This document shows, in pieces, positions 58,671 through 64,000 of a stretch of 64,000 nt of DNA. Made by a program: the position numbers and the translations under genes. The stretch is from the IMG/VR virus record IMGVR_UViG_3300045988_081376; one strand, written 5' to 3'. The stretch comes from a virus. Under the pieces are notes generated by a model that ran no database searches, was not told the origin of the DNA, and saw nothing but the letters and a program-made list of their open reading frames with translations. Numbering within the stretch: position 1 is the stretch's first letter; each line of letters starts with the position of its first letter.

Positions 58671-60449
58671 TCAGCCGTTTGCGTCAATCCCTGCCTCGGC
58701 GCCCTCGCTTGTCTTCTTCCCCTCCGCGTCCGGCCTTCCGCCGGGGTTTGCGTCATGCGCTGCTTGCGGCGGCAGTCTGCTGTCCCCCTGCTTCGCCGAA
58801 TACGTCGAAACGAGCGGGATTCGAAGATCCAGCACGCCGCTTTCGCTGATCGCGTGCGAGAGTGTCAGGTCGTCCACTACGCTCATATCATGCAATGCAA
58901 GGTAAATGACCGTCTGCGGCAGGATGCCGAGCGTCATTCCTTCCTTGGCTGCTTTCAGCGTGTCTGCGTCTTCCGCAACATTGCCGAAGAGTGAAAACCT
59001 CCAGTTGTATTTCAGGTTCATGCCCTCGAAGATGCTTTGCATCATCCGTTCGTAGCAGCGGTAAATCTGCTCTGCGAATTTGCTTTCGATCTGTAGGCTG
59101 ATATTTGCAACGCCCGCTCGTGGCTCGTCGCTCGTCGGGATCAGAGCCGAAAGTCCTGCCTTTGCCATCGTGTAGCCATAACCCGCAGAAGAAATTTTCG
59201 TTGCGCTCGGCGCTTCTGCAAGTTGGTGCATTTTGATGTTCTGCACAGGTGCCGTGAACCATCCGATGCCGCTCGTGTTGCTGTCGGAAAGCATCTGATA
59301 CCACAGGTATTCAAAGAGCCTCCGACCTGCATCAGATAGCCGGTAATCGTCCTCGATGGCGGTCTGATCGTTTTTCTGCTTGTAGGGAATTTCTCCCGTG
59401 AAGAGTGAGATCAGCGGGTTTTGCACCAGCTCCAACTGGATCTGTTCGTACTGCGCAATTTGCAGCAGCGATAAAAACAGTCCCGTCAATGGGGAGACCG
59501 CCGTCGTATTGGCGTCGTCAATCTCAAAGGTGAAAATCTTGTCCACGGGCAGCGTCACCCAGTAGAACCACTTCCCGTTCTGGTAGTAGACTTCCGGTTC
59601 TCCCGCAAGCCCCTGCGGGTTATCCTGTACGATCTGCCGGAATCTTCCCATGTCTACAGTTGCCTTCTCCGCGTAGACATATTTTTTCCCAACGCCCTTT
59701 GGCGCTCTGTCCGTCACCATCGAGAAGGTGTCAAGATACGGCTCAAAGAGGTCGCCAAACTGCTCCGGGAAGCACCCCGGGCGTAGGAAGTAGAAAAGGT
59801 TGAAGGCGACCGTGTACTTGCTCACGCTGTTGAATCCGACGATCTTCGTCCAGTCGGACGGTAGCTGCTGCATAAAGGCGTAGTCCACCTTGTTGTGCGG
59901 CTTGTCCACGCTGATGCGCGGATAGTAGAAGACCTTCCCCTCCTGCACTGCCTGACCGGCAAGCTTGTGCGCCGTGGTTTTCGGGTCCAGCTTGCGCCGC
60001 AGCTTTTCCAGCAGCTTCCATTCCCGCCAGAAGTCATCGTTTTTCGCCGCGTCCTTTTCCGTGAACTCCGGCACGATGTAGCTGTGATATGTCAGCAGAT
60101 CCTGATACATCTTGCGCGTGTGGAAAAGCGGATACGCGGTGTATTCCAGCGCGTGCTCCACCTGCCGCAGTCCCCGCTCGTTGGCAAGCGGGCTTGTCAG
60201 CATTTCCGCCACCTTGTTCTTTGAAAACTCATTCGGCAGCGAAGAGATCGCCTGCACGCGGCGGTTCTGGATGTAAGGGTCGTTTCGGTAATACTGCGCC
60301 CCCGTCGTGCGCGAAAACGCGCTCATCAGGCTGCTCATCGGCATTCCGCCATATTGCTCCGAAAGCTTTTTGAAGCGTCCGAAAATGTCGGAATATGACG
60401 AATACTGCACGTCCTGCAATTCAGTTGTCAGATTCAGCTTTTCCTCCAT
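58671..60449 (-). CDS. Putative portal protein
   Basis: 592 aa. Second gene downstream of TerL, after a small ORF. Size and position are typical of a portal. Confidence 0.65.
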   Translation of the reverse strand: MEEKLNLTTELQDVQYSSYSDIFGRFKKLSEQYGGMPMSSLMSAFSRTTGAQYYRNDPYIQNRRVQAISSLPNEFSKNKVAEMLTSPLANERGLRQVEHALEYTAYPLFHTRKMYQDLLTYHSYIVPEFTEKDAAKNDDFWREWKLLEKLRRKLDPKTTAHKLAGQAVQEGKVFYYPRISVDKPHNKVDYAFMQQLPSDWTKIVGFNSVSKYTVAFNLFYFLRPGCFPEQFGDLFEPYLDTFSMVTDRAPKGVGKKYVYAEKATVDMGRFRQIVQDNPQGLAGEPEVYYQNGKWFYWVTLPVDKIFTFEIDDANTTAVSPLTGLFLSLLQIAQYEQIQLELVQNPLISLFTGEIPYKQKNDQTAIEDDYRLSDAGRRLFEYLWYQMLSDSNTSGIGWFTAPVQNIKMHQLAEAPSATKISSAGYGYTMAKAGLSALIPTSDEPRAGVANISLQIESKFAEQIYRCYERMMQSIFEGMNLKYNWRFSLFGNVAEDADTLKAAKEGMTLGILPQTVIYLALHDMSVVDDLTLSHAISESGVLDLRIPLVSTYSAKQGDSRLPPQAAHDANPGGRPDAEGKKTSEGAEAGIDANG

Positions 60450-60783
60450 TTTCCGTCCCCTCGTTCAGTTTTTCCTGTTCCTCCCGCAGCGCATCCTCCA
60501 GATTGTCGATCAGCTCGTTCATGCGCTCTTTCGACTTTTCCTGTGCTTTCGCCGCCGCTTCCGCCAGCAGTACAAGGATGGAATCTTTCAGCCACGCCCT
60601 GTCTCGCTCGGTAAGGTGTTCGGTATCCGCGCCCTTGATCTCTGCACACGGCATGTTTTTTGGCTTTGTCCGGCGATAGATCAGGATATATTCCGCCGTG
60701 ATGCGGGAGAATCGCTCGTCCGCCGCCCGCCTTACGGTTTCCGCACTCACCGGCGCTGCAAACAGTCTGTAATTTACCGCCAT
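60421..60783 (-). CDS. Hypothetical protein between TerL and portal
   Basis: 120-aa ORF. Overlaps the portal start by 29 nt. Confidence 0.5.
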   Translation of the reverse strand: MAVNYRLFAAPVSAETVRRAADERFSRITAEYILIYRRTKPKNMPCAEIKGADTEHLTERDRAWLKDSILVLLAEAAAKAQEKSKERMNELIDNLEDALREEQEKLNEGTENGGKAESDN

Positions 60784-60784
60784 G

Positions 60785-62641
60785 TCAGTAGATCCTTCCT
60801 CCGCGCCTTTCGGTCACGGTGCGCCCCATCGCCCTTCCGGCGATGCCTGCACCAACCGTTCCGCCGTTTTCAAATTTTTTCAGCTCTTCCGCCCAGTCGC
60901 TCTTCTTCCGGCTGTTGATCTCATTGAGCAGTTCCTCTCGCTCGATGATCTGCGCAAGCCGCAGCGCGTATTTAAGCGCCGACCAGCTGTCGCGCTGTAT
61001 CGCCTTGGAAATGCGCTTTTCGCTCATTCCCGCGCCGCTTGGCACAAGCTTCAGGTTCTGGATCTGCCCACTCAGCTCGCGGCACTTCTGGTACGGCAGT
61101 GCGATCTGGTAGTCTCGGTCGTCGTCCTTGATGCGGTGCGCCCGTTTATATGCTTCCACGCCCTCGTTGGCGTTCAGCGTCAGCAGCTCTACATTGTGGT
61201 GCTCAAATTCCGTCTGTGCGTATTTCAGCATCTCAAAGTCCGGGTCGGTTACGCCCGTGCCGCCCGCTTTGATCGGGTAGATCACTGGGATAGCGTCCGG
61301 CAGCTCCGCCGAGACGTAGGCTGCGTGTCCTCGGATGCACAGCGGCGGAAGCCCGTCTCCAAGGTCGGTCATCAGGTCTTCCAGCACGCCGCGCCCGTAC
61401 TGCCATGAGTCAATGGCGATATAAGTCTGGCTGCCGTCATAGCAGAAACGGTGCCAGATCCCTTTCAGTCGCCGCGCCTGGGCTTTGCTCTGGTCGGGCG
61501 GCGGCCAGTCGTCAACATAAGCGAGCTGTTTCAGGAATCGGTCGCGCTTGAGATATTCTTTCTGCCGCGTCAGTTTCAGCACCACGCAGGCGCATTTCGC
61601 GTTTTTCGAGCTGTCTTCGTAGGATACGTCGTAGCCGACGACGTAGATCACGTCCTCCGGGTCGAGCATCGGGCGCGCCGCCTTGCAGCAGTGCTCCGTT
61701 TCCATCAGGTTCAGCCGTTGACTGTCTGTCAACACTTCGTCCGACAGCACCGGGAATTCGTCCGCCCCCGTGTAGCGCGATTCCATCTCTCGCATCCACT
61801 TTTCTACCGTCAGCTCATCCTTGAGTCCCATCGCCCACTCATAGGGGCGCATCTGCATCAATACGATGCTCTCCCATGAAATGTCCATGGCAAAGGCGCT
61901 TTCGCCTTCCGCCATTTTCTTCATCACCTTGCAGCGTGTCTGAAAAGCGTGGTTCTGCTTTCGTCCCGCGCTTGTGATGGCGTGCTTTTTATAGCCCACG
62001 AAATTGCGGTCCGGTTCTCCCTTGACGTTGTGCCACAGTCGCACCGCAGGAAGAACAACGGTCGAGTACTCTCCATAATCGAACGCGGGCGCTTCCTCCT
62101 GCGCGTATTCTTCCGCCGTCACGTCATGCAGGTTGTCGCCGCGCATTGCCGAGATATAAAATGCGCTTCCGCAGTCAGTCTCGATCTTGAAGTCGTCCTT
62201 ACTTTCCGCCGTCACGCGCCAATGTCTTGCCAACATCGGATAGTCGTGCTCGATCTGCCGGAAGGTCTTGCTGCCGATGGCAGCAAGCTGTCGGTACGAC
62301 GGACCATAATACGCGCTCTGCGTCCCCGGCCAAACAAGGTCGTTGGCCATTGCGTATTTCATCTTCGTGCTGGTCTTCGTCAGGCTTCTCGTGCCGGTGA
62401 TCGAAACCTCGCGTTTGCGCGCATATTCGCGCATCATCACGCGCTGTAACAGCTCTTCGTTCGCAAAATCCGCTTCCTCGCTGCGCGCAATATCCAGCAA
62501 TTTGTCCGGGAACCATCGAATGACCCAGACCACAAATGCCCAGAAACTATCCTCGTAATCGCCATAGTCGCGGTTCTCCGTTGGTTTTTTTGCGATCCAG
62601 CCGACATCTGCCGACCAGACTTTCCCCGTTCTTCTTGCCAT
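60785..62641 (-). CDS. terL: Terminase large subunit
   Basis: 618 aa. ATPase-like ITGTRSLTKTST (Walker A variant) and NLHDVTAEEY. Nuclease-like YVVGYDVSYED and YIAIDSWQYG. Upstream of the portal. Confidence 0.75.
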   Translation of the reverse strand: MARRTGKVWSADVGWIAKKPTENRDYGDYEDSFWAFVVWVIRWFPDKLLDIARSEEADFANEELLQRVMMREYARKREVSITGTRSLTKTSTKMKYAMANDLVWPGTQSAYYGPSYRQLAAIGSKTFRQIEHDYPMLARHWRVTAESKDDFKIETDCGSAFYISAMRGDNLHDVTAEEYAQEEAPAFDYGEYSTVVLPAVRLWHNVKGEPDRNFVGYKKHAITSAGRKQNHAFQTRCKVMKKMAEGESAFAMDISWESIVLMQMRPYEWAMGLKDELTVEKWMREMESRYTGADEFPVLSDEVLTDSQRLNLMETEHCCKAARPMLDPEDVIYVVGYDVSYEDSSKNAKCACVVLKLTRQKEYLKRDRFLKQLAYVDDWPPPDQSKAQARRLKGIWHRFCYDGSQTYIAIDSWQYGRGVLEDLMTDLGDGLPPLCIRGHAAYVSAELPDAIPVIYPIKAGGTGVTDPDFEMLKYAQTEFEHHNVELLTLNANEGVEAYKRAHRIKDDDRDYQIALPYQKCRELSGQIQNLKLVPSGAGMSEKRISKAIQRDSWSALKYALRLAQIIEREELLNEINSRKKSDWAEELKKFENGGTVGAGIAGRAMGRTVTERRGGRIY

Positions 62642-62645
62642 GGCG

Positions 62646-63614
62646 TCACCGCTTTTTCTTTTTCGGCGGCGGCATTTTTACGAGTCCGAGCTTGGCGTAG
62701 GCTTCCTTTTCCCGTTCGTTCGGCTCTTCGGCAAACTCGCCGAGGTCGTCGTGCAGCCTCATGTTGTCCGGCAGCGTTACCAGCTCCGGCATTCCGTCGT
62801 TTTGCCTCATCCGGTTTTCGTTGATGAGGATCATCTGCTCCGCCGCGTCCATCGTGTACGGGTACTTGCACGGCCTGCCGAAGAAGATTTTGAAGGCCTC
62901 GTCGGGACTGCACGGTTTCCCGTTCTTCAGCAGCCCTTTGCGCTCCAGCGCTTCCGTCAGGCTGTCAATGCGCAGGTCGTCAATGGGCTTCGCGTCCTTT
63001 TTTCTCAGCCCCTCGCTCGACAGGTTGTCCTGAATCATCCTGTTTAGCTTGGCCGCCTTGTCAAACTGCCCGATGGAACGCATATTGTCGCGGTCGAGCG
63101 TCATCTTGGCGCAGTCGCGCAGGATAAATTCCTGCTTCACGCTCACGCCGCCCGCCGCCATCAGGTCGCTGGCCAGCGCGTCATAGATTCGGTCAAGCTC
63201 GTTGTAGTCCTCGGCGGTATAGGGGTTTTTTGTGCTGTTCTCTCCCCAGTCCTTGCGCTGCTTCGCCGTTCCGATCTTCCGGTTTCTCGCGCTCTTCTCG
63301 TTGCCCACGGCCTTGGTGAATTCGCCCACGTCCAGCCGCTCGCCGAAAATCTCCATGATGTCCGTCAGCCCATCGAGAAATCCCAGCGTCTCGCCGCGCT
63401 TTTTATCAAGCCCCTTTGTTCGCAGATTGTCGCAGTAGTCCACCCACTTCTCCGCGCTCCCGACCTCTTTGGGAACCGCCAGCATATCGAACGGCACGTC
63501 AAAGCGGATGCAGCAATAAAAAAGAGCAAGACTGTCGCTGGTTTCGCGCGCGATTGCGGTATATTGCTTCTGCTGCTCGTCCAGCGTCAGTGTTTCAACC
63601 GTCTGCTCTTCCAT
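62646..63614 (-). CDS. Putative terminase small subunit (by position only)
   Basis: 322-aa ORF immediately upstream of TerL (4-nt gap). Basic C-terminus PPPKKKKR. aaggagg RBS. Confidence 0.4.
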   Translation of the reverse strand: MEEQTVETLTLDEQQKQYTAIARETSDSLALFYCCIRFDVPFDMLAVPKEVGSAEKWVDYCDNLRTKGLDKKRGETLGFLDGLTDIMEIFGERLDVGEFTKAVGNEKSARNRKIGTAKQRKDWGENSTKNPYTAEDYNELDRIYDALASDLMAAGGVSVKQEFILRDCAKMTLDRDNMRSIGQFDKAAKLNRMIQDNLSSEGLRKKDAKPIDDLRIDSLTEALERKGLLKNGKPCSPDEAFKIFFGRPCKYPYTMDAAEQMILINENRMRQNDGMPELVTLPDNMRLHDDLGEFAEEPNEREKEAYAKLGLVKMPPPKKKKR

Positions 63615-63730
63615 AGCGACCTCCTTGCTCGAAAAATTAAGATGGGAGACGTCGAGGTTTATACCTCCACATCTCCCATGATTTCACATCTCAGGAAAAG
63701 TGCGCCCCATATATGGGGATTTTTTGAAAA

Positions 63731-63970
63731 TTATTTTTTGTCTTCCACGCCGAGGATGTAATCCACGGAAACGTCGTAAAAGTCCGCAAGCAGGATGAGA
63801 GCGCTTGCTCTCGGCTCTACCTCTCCGTTTTCGTAGCGCTTCATCATGTTTTTGCTCAGCCCGCAAAGCTCCGAAGCGACGCGGCGCTTCATTTTTTTCT
63901 GCTCGCGCAGTCTCCGCAGCCGAACGGCGTATACCGGCATTTGGTCCATCGCGCCTTCCTCCCGAAGCAT
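63731..63970 (-). CDS. XRE-family HTH regulator upstream of the packaging genes
   Basis: LRRLREQKKMKRRVASELCGLSKNMMKRYENGEVEPRASALILLADFYDVSVDYILG (HTH_3). Start may be Met8 (63949). Confidence 0.75.
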   Translation of the reverse strand: MLREEGAMDQMPVYAVRLRRLREQKKMKRRVASELCGLSKNMMKRYENGEVEPRASALILLADFYDVSVDYILGVEDKK

Positions 63971-64000
63971 TTTTTATTTACCGACATTGGGCGCTTCATA

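Larger units (their letters stand above)
1..64000. mobile_element. Temperate tailed-phage genome segment (episomal phage, prophage or tandem prophages); fills the entire window
   Basis: Contiguous phage modules: recombination/replication, CI/Cro switch, integrases, att site, methylases, lysis, tape measure, capsid, portal, terminase. No ribosomal or metabolic host operons seen. Confidence 0.85.

Noticed and set aside
1-64000. CRISPR arrays, reverse transcriptase/DGR (template-variable repeat pairs), retron-like ncRNA plus RT, and large defence ATPases or nucleases.
   Set aside because: I saw no regularly spaced direct-repeat array and no ORF with RT motifs (YxDD). No large non-structural enzyme ORFs occur outside the modules already explained. 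An exhaustive repeat search was not possible by eye.

Overview
The whole 64-kb window reads as temperate tailed-phage DNA from a high-GC, Clostridia-like background. GC is about 55-60% by eye, with AT-rich regulatory and accessory islands. I found no unambiguous host block.

Layout:
- (i) 1-8583, minus strand: early operon with a Cro-like regulator, Bro-N antirepressor, Xis-like HTH, lytic transglycosylase, YqaJ exonuclease, DUF1351, RecT, SSB, replisome organizer and a DnaC-like loader that runs off the left edge.
- (ii) 8.6-11.5 kb: lysogeny module with a CI-like repressor, a membrane-anchored XRE protein and a Zn-ribbon tyrosine integrase. It ends in an attP-like site made of a tRNA-Ser(GCU) 3' fragment with TTGTAGCCCA arm repeats on both sides.
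- (iii) 11.6-20.7 kb, minus strand: accessory and DNA-modification operon with two PP-loop PAPS-reductase/DndC-like genes (one split at a G7 tract), three DNA methyltransferases, MazG-like and ASCH proteins, and many small Cys-rich ORFs.
- (iv) 20.8-21.9 kb: ORF-poor region rich in palindromes.
- (v) 21.9-34.9 kb: an RHH repressor with a six-copy operator array controls a plus-strand accessory block. The block holds hypothetical proteins, an HNH endonuclease, a 5-member tRNA array (only Gly and Gln canonical), HU, an HNH-like paralog and a cysteine desulfurase. It continues with a small RHH protein, an ORF6N antirepressor and a second tyrosine recombinase.
- (vi) 34.9-63.6 kb, minus strand: late module with endolysin and holin, tail fibre and baseplate, a 1342-aa tape measure, tube, XhlA, head, portal, TerL and putative TerS. 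An XRE regulator sits upstream.

Most interesting leads:
- An identical 20-nt box with a -10-like hexamer at the same 10-nt spacing heads two divergent operons. Together these encode a cysteine desulfurase, two PP-loop enzymes, methyltransferases and the tRNA array. This could be a phage sulfur-relay or nucleic-acid-modification regulon.
- The attP-like site is intact.
- Three of the five tRNA-like genes are aberrant.
- A family of degenerate HNH-like genes is scattered through the window, and a low-GC tract next to one copy reaches into the desulfurase gene.

Functional calls rest on motif recognition by eye. No database searches were run.
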